A stretch of DNA of 64,000 nucleotides from an uncultured Acidobacteriota bacterium (GCA_963822445.1 CAWGHO010000003.1:1152001-1216000), one strand, 5' to 3'. Shown: positions 17,260 through 26,733, counted from the first letter of the stretch. Numbers and translations: made by a program. Notes: generated from the sequence alone by a model not told the origin.

Positions 17260-19809
17260 ATGGCGACGGCAAACGAAGACGCACGGCTACTGACCGAACT
17301 GAAGAAGCTGCTCCGTGAACACGGCGAGAAACGCGAGTTGGCGCTAGTTCCGCCACCGCTCATTCTGCCGTTCTGGTCCATCGGCTATGCGGTGAATGGT
17401 AGCGGCTCCGTGATCGGAATTAAGATAGGCGGTTCACCTGGCGCGCAGCGAGCCCTCGAACTTATCGCGCGATTTCGCCATCTTGAGCGGCTCGTATTTC
17501 ACAGCGCTGAAGATGTGTATGTGCCTGCAGCGATCGGTAACCTCACAAATCTCCGCTTTCTGAGTCTTGGCGGGTCGGTTAAACGGCTCCCGCCGGAATT
17601 CTTGAATCTCGCGCTAGATGTTTATGACGCGCACGCACCGGACGGCCAGTCGCAGGTGATGAGAAGGTTCGACCAGCTGGCGGACGCGATAAGGGAAACG
17701 AAAGGCACGGCTGCCCCAGTGACGTTACCGCCCGACGATGCCGAGCGCGAAGCCGATTACGAGCGACGCGACAAAGAGAACGAGGAAATTATCGCGGCGA
17801 TCTGGCGCGACGATGCGCCTAACAACGGCACTGTCGACTTACGTCTTCGGCGTGAGGTGCTGGCAGCTTGCGATGAAAGCCTGCGGCTCCGTGGTTTATA
17901 CCTTTCGGGCGCGGAGCTAGAAGATCCCCCACTTGAGATAGCTGTCAAGGGACGTGATGCGATAGAGCGGTACTTTGAAGACCGGCGCGGCGGTGATTTG
18001 CCGTTGAATGAGGTTAAGATCATTCTAGTCGGCCACGGTAGTGCCGGCAAAACCTCCCTCGTTAAGCGAGTATTCGGCGACTCGTTCGACCAGAATGAGC
18101 CACAAACACACGGGATAAATATTCGTACTTGGCATTGCGGCGTAGAGAACAACGCTGAGATCAAGGCGAACTTTTGGGATTTCGGCGGTCAGGAGATAAT
18201 GCACGCAACGCACCAGTTCTTCCTGTCCAAGCGAAGCTTCTACATACTGCTGCTGGACGGCCGGAAAGAGGAGGATGCGGAATACTGGCTACAGCACATA
18301 GAAAGTTTCGGGGGCGATTCGCCAATCTTGGTAGTGTTGAACAAAATCGATGAGCATCCCTCTTTCGACGTCAATCGGCGTTTTTTGAAGCAAAAGTACC
18401 CCGGCATAGTCGATTTTTGTCGCATTTCATGCGCGACTGGACTCGGTATCGATTCGTTCACGCAGCGACTCCGAGACGAAATCGGCAAGGTATCGATTCT
18501 CCGGACGCGTTGGCCTGCGAATTGGTTTCGTGTCAAGCAGCGGCTGGAATCTCTCGATACCTCGTATATCTCCCTCACAGATTACAATCGCATTTGCGAC
18601 GAGGAGGCCGTACGAGATCCCGCGAGCCGCGAAACACTCGTAGATTTCTTGCACGATTTAGGTGTAATTCTTCACTTTCGTGACCTGCATCTGCTCGACA
18701 CGCACGTCTTGGATCCCTTGTGGGTCACCGAAGGCGTCTATAAGATCATAAATTCGGAAATCGTTGCCACGCAGCGCGGTAAGCTCCGGCTTGATCAATT
18801 GTCATCGGTGTTGACTGGTGGTGAAGACGCGGTCCATCGTTTTCCCAAAGACAAGCATCAATATATCGTTGAGCTCATGTTGAAGTTTGAGCTTTGTTAC
18901 CGTTTGGACATGGCCTCCATTCTGATTCCGGATCTGCTCGACATTCAGGAACCGCCGCTACCGTTGGATCGGCAGGGCAGCCTCCGTTTCATCTTTGAAT
19001 ACAGTTACCTGCCACGGTCGGTGATTCCGCGTTTCATCGTACGCATGCACCGCGATATTAAAGGGCAGAATCTGTGGCGCACCGGAGTAATGCTGGCTGA
19101 CGATGCGCTTGGCGCCACAGCACTCGTCCGCGCGGACGAAAAAGCGAGACGTATTTATGTGTCTGTCACCGGTGGGCAAAAGCGGGATTACTTCGCTATC
19201 ATTCGAAAGGTAATTGCCGACATTAACAGTTCGTTCGAGAAGTTGGCAGTCACTGAGCTTGTGCCTTTGCCGGATGCCCCGGACATCGCCATCGACTACC
19301 GTGAGCTGGTCGGACATGAACAGGCGGGGCGCGATGACATCTTCGTCGGTCGACTAGGTCGTGCCTACAACGTTTCTAGCCTGTTGAGCGGGATCGAAGA
19401 CGTCCTCCGGCGAGACCGGCTCGCGCACACTGTCATCAATGTCCATGGCGACTACATCGCAACTCAAAAGGGAGGAGGCGAGACCTCGCTGTTCAACGAA
19501 AGCGCGTATGAAAGGGAAAGCATGGCCTACGAGCCCCGGGAGTGGGAGCGAATGGTAACGTATGCGACCGGCGCGACGTTCTTGGCCGTAGTTGGATTCC
19601 TCGTAATTCGCAACAAACCGTTCGCGGATCCGAACTTAGTCGTCTTGGTTCGCACGGTCTTGAGTTTAATTATAGCCGTTTTCGGTGCGACGATACCCGG
19701 GATGCTCAGGGTCGATCTCACTGCCAAAGGGGTTCTCATCAGGGCTGGTGGAGCTTTAGCGCTCTTCGTCATCACATTCATGCTGACGCCCGCAGTTTTG
19801 CCGGGTTGA
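17260..19809 (+). CDS. Roco protein: short LRR region, Roc GTPase, COR domain and C-terminal TM module
   Basis: SD GGAGG; LRR IGNLTNLRFLSL; P-loop GHGSAGKTS, QTHGI, WDFGGQEIMHATHQFF, NKID; COR FLHDLGVI; three hydrophobic C-terminal helices. Confidence 0.92.
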   Translation: MATANEDARLLTELKKLLREHGEKRELALVPPPLILPFWSIGYAVNGSGSVIGIKIGGSPGAQRALELIARFRHLERLVFHSAEDVYVPAAIGNLTNLRFLSLGGSVKRLPPEFLNLALDVYDAHAPDGQSQVMRRFDQLADAIRETKGTAAPVTLPPDDAEREADYERRDKENEEIIAAIWRDDAPNNGTVDLRLRREVLAACDESLRLRGLYLSGAELEDPPLEIAVKGRDAIERYFEDRRGGDLPLNEVKIILVGHGSAGKTSLVKRVFGDSFDQNEPQTHGINIRTWHCGVENNAEIKANFWDFGGQEIMHATHQFFLSKRSFYILLLDGRKEEDAEYWLQHIESFGGDSPILVVLNKIDEHPSFDVNRRFLKQKYPGIVDFCRISCATGLGIDSFTQRLRDEIGKVSILRTRWPANWFRVKQRLESLDTSYISLTDYNRICDEEAVRDPASRETLVDFLHDLGVILHFRDLHLLDTHVLDPLWVTEGVYKIINSEIVATQRGKLRLDQLSSVLTGGEDAVHRFPKDKHQYIVELMLKFELCYRLDMASILIPDLLDIQEPPLPLDRQGSLRFIFEYSYLPRSVIPRFIVRMHRDIKGQNLWRTGVMLADDALGATALVRADEKARRIYVSVTGGQKRDYFAIIRKVIADINSSFEKLAVTELVPLPDAPDIAIDYRELVGHEQAGRDDIFVGRLGRAYNVSSLLSGIEDVLRRDRLAHTVINVHGDYIATQKGGGETSLFNESAYERESMAYEPREWERMVTYATGATFLAVVGFLVIRNKPFADPNLVVLVRTVLSLIIAVFGATIPGMLRVDLTAKGVLIRAGGALALFVITFMLTPAVLPG

Positions 19810-19853
19810 AAAGACGCATGCCTTCGAAATCTGGATGTCTCATCGTCGTACAT

Positions 19854-19950
19854 GCGGGCTAACTATGGTGTGAAGCCGGCAGCGGGCCGTTCGCCGCGCC
19901 CCGGCGGCCGAGCCGCCTACCGATCCCAAGACGCACGGCGTCACGCCGCT
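19854..19950 (+). mobile_element. Degenerate attC-like site
   Basis: GGCTAAC (R''-like), 5-nt spacer, tgtgaagc (L''-like); ggtgtgaagccg pairs 10/12 with cggcgtcacgcc at 19936..19947. No clean R' GTT at canonical spacing. Confidence 0.45.
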
Positions 19951-20087
19951 TGCAGATCTCCGTCAGTCGAAAACCGCGGCAAGGGGCGCGCCGGAGCCGG
20001 AAGTTCGCTTTGCTTTCCGTTACGGCGTCAGACAGAAGAGCCCGCGTCCACAACCAAAGGCAACGAAGTAACAACGCGAGGTGCTCC

Positions 20088-20596
20088 ATGTCCGTGGTCC
20101 CATCGGCATCGACCGAAGTCGTTACGAATGACTGGAAGTAAACACCGGCATCGGCGGCTGGCTGGTTCTCGTCGCGATAGGTCTCTGCGTATCGCCGGTG
20201 CTTCAGCTGCTTACCTTGGCGAATCTTCTGCCGATTTTTACTAACGGCACGTGGTCGCTCCTTACCGATTCGGCCAGCGCGGCGTATCACCGTTTGTGGG
20301 GACCCGTGATCGCGCTTGAAGTCGTGATGAACGTTCTGTTCATCGCCAGTGAGGCGATTCTCATTTTCTGGTTCTTCAGGAAATCGGGCCGCTTTCCGAA
20401 GGCTATGATCGCTTATCTGTTCATGGTCTTCGTACTCGTCGCATTGGACTACTTCTTAGCGCAGGCAATTCCCGCGGTGGCTGACCAGAACGACGCCGAA
20501 ACTCGGGGAGCGTTCATTCGGTCAGGTGTGTCTTGCGCCATATGGATGCCGTATTTCTTGGTGTCGAAGCGGGTTAAGGCAACATTCGTAAACTGA
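20088..20596 (+). pseudogene. DUF2569-like membrane protein with apparent 1-nt deletion near 20132
   Basis: SD GAGGT plus ATG 20088 gives MSVVPSASTEVVTND then a stop. The shifted frame reads LEVNTGIGGWLVLVAIG...IWMPYFLVSKRVKATFVN, matching my recollection of DUF2569 (GIGGWL; YFxxSKRVKxTF). Confidence 0.7.
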
Positions 20597-20644
20597 GCCG
20601 ACCGGCGGCATCGCCGAGAGGCAGACCGGCGTGCCCCGCGCAGG

Positions 20645-20727
20645 AGTAGGCGGTAGGTAGGAGACCTGCCGCTCCATCCACCGCCTACCGCGAGGCCGCG
20701 CAGCGGCCGTACCGCCTACTGCCTACT
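20645..20727. repeat. Intergenic element made of short AGTAGGC/GCCTACT units in inverted arrangement
   Basis: agtaggcggta (20645..20655) and taccgcctact (20710..20720) form an 11-bp inverted repeat, with extra gcctac units and an inner GC hairpin. Confidence 0.6.
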
Positions 20728-20736
20728 ATTGGCGTC

Positions 20737-21366
20737 ATGAACTACCTCACCGACGGTCCCGCCGACTCGCCCCACATCTTCCTCTTCGCCCACGGCGCGG
20801 GCGGGGCGATGGACACGCCGTTCATGACCCGCGTCGCGCGAGACCTCGGCGAACGGGGGATTCGCGTGGTTCGCTTCGAGTTTCCATACATGGCGGCGCG
20901 GCGGGAAGGCGGGAAGCGCGGCGCGCCGGATCGCCAGCCTGTACTTCTCGACACGTTTCGGCGGGTGGTCGAAGAGCATGGCGGCGGTGGGAAAGTTGTC
21001 GTCGGCGGGAAGTCGATGGGCGGGCGGATGGCCAGCATGGTCGCGGACGAGCTCGGCGTGCGAGGGCTGATCTGCCTCGGCTATCCCTTCCATCCGCCGG
21101 GAAAACCTCAGCAACTTCGCACGGCCCACCTAACTTCTCTCCGCACTCCGGCGTTAATCATTCAGGGGACCCGCGATCCTTTTGGAACCGAGAGCGAGGT
21201 TTCCACGTATGAGCTATCGAAGACGATTCGCATCGAGTGGCTGGAGGATGGGGACCATTCCTTCAAACCGCGGGCGAGCTCCGGGACGACCGAGCGGCAG
21301 AACCTCGAGCGCGCGGCAGGGTTGATGGAGGAATTCCTCAACACACGTGCCCCTTTCCGCGCTTGA
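20737..21366 (+). CDS. Alpha/beta hydrolase (KANL3/Tex30-like)
   Basis: HGAG, nucleophile GKSMGG, QGTRDPFG, DGDHS. Confidence 0.9.
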   Translation: MNYLTDGPADSPHIFLFAHGAGGAMDTPFMTRVARDLGERGIRVVRFEFPYMAARREGGKRGAPDRQPVLLDTFRRVVEEHGGGGKVVVGGKSMGGRMASMVADELGVRGLICLGYPFHPPGKPQQLRTAHLTSLRTPALIIQGTRDPFGTESEVSTYELSKTIRIEWLEDGDHSFKPRASSGTTERQNLERAAGLMEEFLNTRAPFRA

Positions 21367-21394
21367 GTATATGCTGCTAGAGTTAAGTACGTAT

Positions 21395-21787
21395 ATGCGC
21401 CCCAAGGTCCTGATCGTCGAAGATGACGCCGCCACCCGTGACGCTTTGCGACGGATTCTGGTCGCCGAGGGGTGCGACGTCGACCTGGCCATCGATGGCG
21501 AGAAGGCCGTGGGATGCCTGGCCCGGAATCGCTACGACGCCGTCGTTCTCGACATCGCTCTGCCGAAGATGAGCGGCACCGACGTGATGGAGTACATCGC
21601 CAGTACGACGCCGGAGCTGCTCTCCGCGATCATCGTCGTCACCGGCCTCGACGTCGGCGAGATCCGCAAGCTGTTCCCGTCGGTGTGCGAGACGCTGGCG
21701 AAGCCGGTCATGCCTTCGCGTCTGCTGGCCTCGGTTCGCCGCTGCTTCGGCAGCCTGGGCGGATCGGCAGGCATCAGCGTCGCATAA
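21395..21787 (+). CDS. Single-domain response regulator (REC)
   Basis: VLIVEDD, VLDIALPKMSG, IVVTG, KP. Confidence 0.9.
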   Translation: MRPKVLIVEDDAATRDALRRILVAEGCDVDLAIDGEKAVGCLARNRYDAVVLDIALPKMSGTDVMEYIASTTPELLSAIIVVTGLDVGEIRKLFPSVCETLAKPVMPSRLLASVRRCFGSLGGSAGISVA

Positions 21788-21797
21788 ACGCCGCGCC

Positions 21798-22760
21798 GTG
21801 GGCGCCTCGCTTTCGCGATCCGAAGTCAGTCAGCTCCTCGAGCTCGATCCAACGGTCGTCGATGCCCTCATCGACAGCGGCCGGATCCTCTGTCATGTGA
21901 AACGCGGCGAGGCGCGCATCCCCGTCGAGCAGCTCGAAGGATTCCTGCGCGACTCGCTGGTGCGGCTGTATCGCGCCGAAGCGGCGGCGGCCGCGCCGAT
22001 CGTCATGGTTCGCGAGCCGGAACCGGAACGGCCGCCGGCGCCACCCCCCGAGCCGGCGCCCGAGGTTCCCGCGGAGGCCGTGAGCCGGCCGGTGCAGACG
22101 CCGGTTCACCACGAAGACGACGAAGAAGCCGACCGGCCGGAGCTGCGCATCGCTTCGCGCTATGTGCCGTTGCGGCAGATCGACGGCATCTTCGGCGAGA
22201 CGAAGTTCTCGCTCCTGCAGATTTCGGCGACGGGCTTGCGGATCAAGCATCGCGACTCACTGCTGCCGGGCACCGAGGCCAAGGTTTCCTTTGCGTTGAT
22301 GAAGCCGGCGCGGTCCTTCGTCGTTCGCGCGCGAGTGGTCTGGACGAGCATCGCCCGCTCCGGCGAGGACCGCTTCTCGATCAGCGGCCTGCGCGTGACC
22401 GCGCATCAGGAACGGCTCGCGCGCGCGATCGATCTGTTGAAGTCGACGAACGAGCTGCAGCCCGAGCGCCGCGCGCAGGTGCGCCGTGCGACGGACGGCG
22501 TGGTCGCGATCGAAGAGATTTCGGACGAAGAGATCGCCCTCGTGACGAACGCCATCCAGAAGTTCGCCACCGATCCCGTCGAGGCCAGCCGCTGGTATTC
22601 GCGCGCGCGCTTTTCGATGGCGGATGAAAACGTGCGGAAAGCCGCGCCGGAACGCCCCCGCGACCGCGAAGAAGTCCTCGGCATCTGGGAGTATCTCGAC
22701 CATCAGGTGGAGATTCCGAAGATTGCGGGGATCGTGGGTTGGGTGCGGCAGGCGGGGTAG
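21798..22760 (+). CDS. Excisionase/MerR-like HTH plus PilZ-like domain protein
   Basis: N-terminal LSRSEVSQLL..IDSGRI...RIP; Pro-rich linker; RIASR...QISATGL and ARVVW (PilZ RxxxR / D-x-S-x-x-G-like). Confidence 0.65.
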   Translation: MGASLSRSEVSQLLELDPTVVDALIDSGRILCHVKRGEARIPVEQLEGFLRDSLVRLYRAEAAAAAPIVMVREPEPERPPAPPPEPAPEVPAEAVSRPVQTPVHHEDDEEADRPELRIASRYVPLRQIDGIFGETKFSLLQISATGLRIKHRDSLLPGTEAKVSFALMKPARSFVVRARVVWTSIARSGEDRFSISGLRVTAHQERLARAIDLLKSTNELQPERRAQVRRATDGVVAIEEISDEEIALVTNAIQKFATDPVEASRWYSRARFSMADENVRKAAPERPRDREEVLGIWEYLDHQVEIPKIAGIVGWVRQAG

Positions 22761-22786
22761 GTCCCTCGACTACGCTCGGGATGACA
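22761..22786. repeat. REP-like extragenic palindromic sequence between convergent genes
   Basis: Reverse complement is TGTCATCCCGAGCGTAGTCGAGGGAC, an imperfect hairpin with a TGTCATC 5' tail, typical REP form. Confidence 0.55.
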
Positions 22787-22790
22787 TCAG

Positions 22791-25019
22791 CTACAACGGC
22801 TCCACCGTCGCCCCGATGATGAATCCGCTGAAGTTCGGGTTGTGCCGCACCGCATCCACCGAAAACGAAGGCAGCGTCTCGATCCGGCTCAGCGTTCTGT
22901 ACAACTTCTGGTAGGCGACGCTCTGCAGCTCGACGCTCTTGATCGTCAGCGGTGTGGCCAGGCCGTAGCGCTCGGCGTCGATTTCGTCGAGGCGGATCGG
23001 GCGGCGCACTTCCTCCGACACCGGATCCCATTCGCCGACGAGAATCGCGCTCTCGGTCTCGGCCACGACCAGGTCCGAGGTTCCGAGCTCGTTCTCCGCC
23101 TGCGCGGCCACGGCGACATTCCGCGCGGCGCTCCGATTGCGTTCCTGCTCGAGTAATTGAAGAAGAGGTTTGGACTCATCCATCACGGAGATCTCCGCGA
23201 TCTCGGGCGTGAGCCAGACGACCTCGCCGATGTCCTGCGTCCCGATTCCTTTCAGCGCTACCGATCCGAGGAGGCGGATGCCGATGTAGCCGCCCAGCTC
23301 ATCAGCGGATACGCCGAGGTAGACGCTCCAAGGAGTGCGCAGGCGATACACCTTCTGTGCATCTTCGGAAAGCTCGGTCGACAGCTGACGAAGGAAGGGG
23401 ATCGAGACGACGATGCCTTCGTTGATGAGATGGCCGCTCTCGTTCACGTACGCGTAGAACTCGCGCTGCTGCTGCAGGGCGTCGGTGTGATCGACGCTCC
23501 GCGCCAGCGGCGAGAAGAAGCGGTAGACCTCGTTCTGGTCGTAACCGTGCGTCAGAAGCAGGTGCTGTACGTCCTCGAGCTCTTTCGTCGCTTTGCCCGT
23601 GGTCAGACGGGACAGCTCAACGATACCGGGACCGTAAAACTCGATGATCTGCGCGCCGTCGGTCGAAACCTGCATCGGCAGGAGCCGGTAGTACCCGTAG
23701 TTGAGGGCGATGCGCATGCCCTTGTTGAAAGCGAACCCTTTCGAGCGGGCGCGCGAGTAGAAGCGCTGGATCTCGATCGCCGCCTGCACGACGCGCGTGG
23801 CCCGTCGCGACGTGTAGAACGCGCCGTCGCCGAGGAACTTCTCGAATTGCAGACCGTGCCGGCGGGTGATGGCGGCCAGCTCGCGCTGGAACTCGAGCAT
23901 CTGCCGGTAGGAGCTCTGCTCTTCGCCTTTGCCGCCGCGGGCGATCTCGCCGAGGGTCTCGGTGAAGGAGGTGATGTCGTAGACCAGGCCGTAGCGATAG
24001 ACGATCGGCTCGACCACGCCGCGCCGTCCGAAGTCCATCGGCCGGATGGCGCGCGAGTAAACGGCATCCGTCCCGTCGTCAGCCACGTTCTCACCCGCCT
24101 CGGTCGTCCTCATCCAGGTGATCGACCGCCGCAACGCCTGCACGAGGAACAGCTCCAGCGCGCGGCGGCTCAGTGAATCGATGAGCGAGCTGTCCTGAAC
24201 GGGACGGTAGGCGGAGTGATCGCCGAGAAGCTGGCGGACCCGGGGATCGAGGACGGCGATCGCGGGGAGGATCGCCTCGGGATATCCGAGCAGGGTCAGG
24301 GCGCGACGGAGAAGCTTGTCCTTCGATGCGAGGTCCTGGGCCTGACCGCGCATGTCGTCGAATGCGCGGCGGAAGCTCGAGTAGTCGCGGCGCATGTACG
24401 AGAAGTAGCCCCGCAGCTCGCGCAGATCCGGCCCGACGAACTCCTCGGCCGCGATCAGCGGGTTTTCCAGCAACAGCTCGAGGAACCCTTCCGGGTGCTC
24501 GATCTCCCTGAGCGCCGCGACCCACTTCTCATGCAGCGTGTACTTCAGCCGGTCCGCTTCGTCGCGCGACAGGCGAGCGTCCAGGCCGCGATGGACGACG
24601 GCCGTGAGGGCGCGCGCCGCGTGCTGGGAGTGCAGGAGCCAGAAGACGGAGTGGTAGTCCGAGAGGATGCTCGAGTTCCGGGCGTTGTGCGCGAGCTTCA
24701 GGACCTGATCGCGGTACTGGGCGAGGAGGTCGTCGACGCGGCGCTGGGATTGCTGATCGCCGGTGCGGGCCTCAACCTCCTGGTTGAGCCATCGTCCCAG
24801 CCGGGCCTCGAGCTCGTCGACCATGGCCGATTTCGCGAGAGGGAAGCCGTAACTCTTCGGGACGAGCTCGTCGACCAGGAAGATCTTGGCCGGGACCGGA
24901 AGGCGGGCGCTGGAGGTGAGCCCGATCGCGTCCGTGAGGAAATGACGGACGTCGATGTCGCGGCGGAAGGGGAAGGCGTCCTGCCGCTGCCGCAGGAACT
25001 GGATGAGGTTCTCGTGCAC
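22791..25019 (-). CDS. Protein with divergent class III nucleotide cyclase domain
   Basis: VYDITSFTE, EKFLGDG, MRIALNYG, FYGPGIVELSRL; start uncertain (GTG 25019 or ATG 25145). Confidence 0.75.
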   Translation of the reverse strand: MHENLIQFLRQRQDAFPFRRDIDVRHFLTDAIGLTSSARLPVPAKIFLVDELVPKSYGFPLAKSAMVDELEARLGRWLNQEVEARTGDQQSQRRVDDLLAQYRDQVLKLAHNARNSSILSDYHSVFWLLHSQHAARALTAVVHRGLDARLSRDEADRLKYTLHEKWVAALREIEHPEGFLELLLENPLIAAEEFVGPDLRELRGYFSYMRRDYSSFRRAFDDMRGQAQDLASKDKLLRRALTLLGYPEAILPAIAVLDPRVRQLLGDHSAYRPVQDSSLIDSLSRRALELFLVQALRRSITWMRTTEAGENVADDGTDAVYSRAIRPMDFGRRGVVEPIVYRYGLVYDITSFTETLGEIARGGKGEEQSSYRQMLEFQRELAAITRRHGLQFEKFLGDGAFYTSRRATRVVQAAIEIQRFYSRARSKGFAFNKGMRIALNYGYYRLLPMQVSTDGAQIIEFYGPGIVELSRLTTGKATKELEDVQHLLLTHGYDQNEVYRFFSPLARSVDHTDALQQQREFYAYVNESGHLINEGIVVSIPFLRQLSTELSEDAQKVYRLRTPWSVYLGVSADELGGYIGIRLLGSVALKGIGTQDIGEVVWLTPEIAEISVMDESKPLLQLLEQERNRSAARNVAVAAQAENELGTSDLVVAETESAILVGEWDPVSEEVRRPIRLDEIDAERYGLATPLTIKSVELQSVAYQKLYRTLSRIETLPSFSVDAVRHNPNFSGFIIGATVEPL

Positions 25020-25146
25020 CCGGGCGGACTGTGTGCGGGTCCCGTGCCGCACCCGGCAGCGATCTTGAAAGGATGCGTCCCGGCTGTACGACGAGTAACG
25101 CAGCGCTTCAGCAGTTCCACATTTCCGAAAATCTGGAGGTTTCATC

Positions 25147-26715
25147 GTGCGTACATCAGCCGGGGTCCTTTCATTGCTCCTCGTACTGTCCGCTTTTGGT
25201 CAGGTCACCTCGCCTGGCGGGTTTCTCGAGCGCGGCACGACCGCGTTCCGCTCAGGCGATTACGGCTCGGCCGTGATCGACCTGCAGGCGGCGGCGCAGG
25301 GCTACATGTCGCCCGAGAACATGCAGCGGTACGTGAACACGGGCAAATTCGAGAACCTCGACAAGCTGGAGGAAGCGCTGGTTTATCTCGCGCTTTCCCA
25401 GTCGAAGCTCGGCCGTGAAGGCGATGCGCGCGAGACGATCCTCCGGCTGATGTCGGCCGAGCGGATCAAGCCGACTTACGAGCGTCTGCAGATCGCCGAG
25501 GCCAAAGAGTTCGACATGCTGGTCGCTTCGCTGGTACCGGCCTCGACCCTTCCGCCGAACATGCAGATCGCGGCCGCGACGCCGGCACCTGCGCCTGCGC
25601 CGCCGACGGCCGTCGCGGAAGCGGAAGAGACGACGCCGCTGCCTTCGGTCACCGCGGCTCCGGCACCTGTCATCGCCGAAGCCCCACCGGCGCCCGCCCC
25701 CGTGCAGACCGAAGGGCGGTTCGTGACGCAGCGGACGATGGCCGAAGAACGTGCTGAGCGGGAACGGATCGTCGCCGAGCTGGTTGCCATCGAGCGCGCG
25801 CGGATCGAGAAGGAAGCAGAAGCGAGGATCGCCGCGGAGCGCCAGGCCACCGAGCGCGCCGCCGCTGAAAAGATCGCCGCCGCCGAACAGCGCGCCACGA
25901 CCGTCGAGACCGAGGCGCAGCAGCGGATCGCTGCGGCCCAGACGGAAGCCGACCGAAAAGCAGCCGAGGCCGCTGCGGAAGCGCAGCAGAGTGCCGCCGC
26001 GGCCGCCGCGGAAGCGCAGCAGAAGGCAGCCGCAGCGGAAGCGGAGGCGCAGCAGCGCATTGCCGCATCGCAGCGCGAGGCCGAGCAGAAGATCGCCACG
26101 CTGCAGAACGAATCGCAGGAACGCTTGACTGTCGCCGAGGCTGATGCTGCGGCACGGATTGCGGCGGCGAGGAAAGAAGCGGAAGAGCGTGTAGCCGCGG
26201 CAGAAGCTGCAGCGAAACGCGACGCCGAGGCCCGCGTGGCCGCATTGCAGCAGGAGACCGAACGGCGCATCGCGGCCGAGCGTGCCGAGGCCGAACGTGC
26301 CGCCGCGGCGCAGATCGCGGAGGCGGCGGCCAATGCCCGCCGCGCGTACGTGACCAGCCTCCGCCAGGCCGACGCACTTGCGAACAAAGGCGATCTCGAG
26401 GGCGCGAACGCCATCTACCAGCGCGTCGCGAACACCGAGACCGCGCCGCGTGAGCTGATCGCCGAAGCGGCGGTCGGCATGTATCGCACCGGCGCGTTCC
26501 GCCAATCAGCGGCGGCATTCAAGCGCCTCGGCCTCTTCGCGAAAGGCGAGGAAGACCTCCGCTACTACAACGCCGTCGCGCTCTACGAGATCGGCAACTA
26601 CCAGGAAGCGAAGAAGGAGCTCGCCTGCGCGCTGCCCTTCATTCAACTGACCGACGACGTGAGCCGCTATCGCGCAAAGATCGAGCAGACCTCATCCCAG
26701 CAGGCGATGAAATAG
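25147..26715 (+). CDS. Secreted TPR / Pro-rich / coiled-coil / TPR protein
   Basis: Signal peptide (VLSLLLVLSAFG-Q); TPR-like helices at both ends; Ala/Glu-rich centre. Confidence 0.8.
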   Translation: MRTSAGVLSLLLVLSAFGQVTSPGGFLERGTTAFRSGDYGSAVIDLQAAAQGYMSPENMQRYVNTGKFENLDKLEEALVYLALSQSKLGREGDARETILRLMSAERIKPTYERLQIAEAKEFDMLVASLVPASTLPPNMQIAAATPAPAPAPPTAVAEAEETTPLPSVTAAPAPVIAEAPPAPAPVQTEGRFVTQRTMAEERAERERIVAELVAIERARIEKEAEARIAAERQATERAAAEKIAAAEQRATTVETEAQQRIAAAQTEADRKAAEAAAEAQQSAAAAAAEAQQKAAAAEAEAQQRIAASQREAEQKIATLQNESQERLTVAEADAAARIAAARKEAEERVAAAEAAAKRDAEARVAALQQETERRIAAERAEAERAAAAQIAEAAANARRAYVTSLRQADALANKGDLEGANAIYQRVANTETAPRELIAEAAVGMYRTGAFRQSAAAFKRLGLFAKGEEDLRYYNAVALYEIGNYQEAKKELACALPFIQLTDDVSRYRAKIEQTSSQQAMK

Positions 26716-26733
26716 AAAGCTACGAACGAGTCC

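Noticed and set aside
20019-20025. GTTACGG as the R' end of the attC-like site
   Set aside because: It would give a site of about 170 bp with poor arm pairing; the better L' match is at 19936..19947, so the R' end is left unresolved.
19852-20290. Short ORFs 19852..20244 (+) and 19859..20290 (-)
   Set aside because: They run across the attC-like palindrome and the DUF2569-like gene; no protein-like features.
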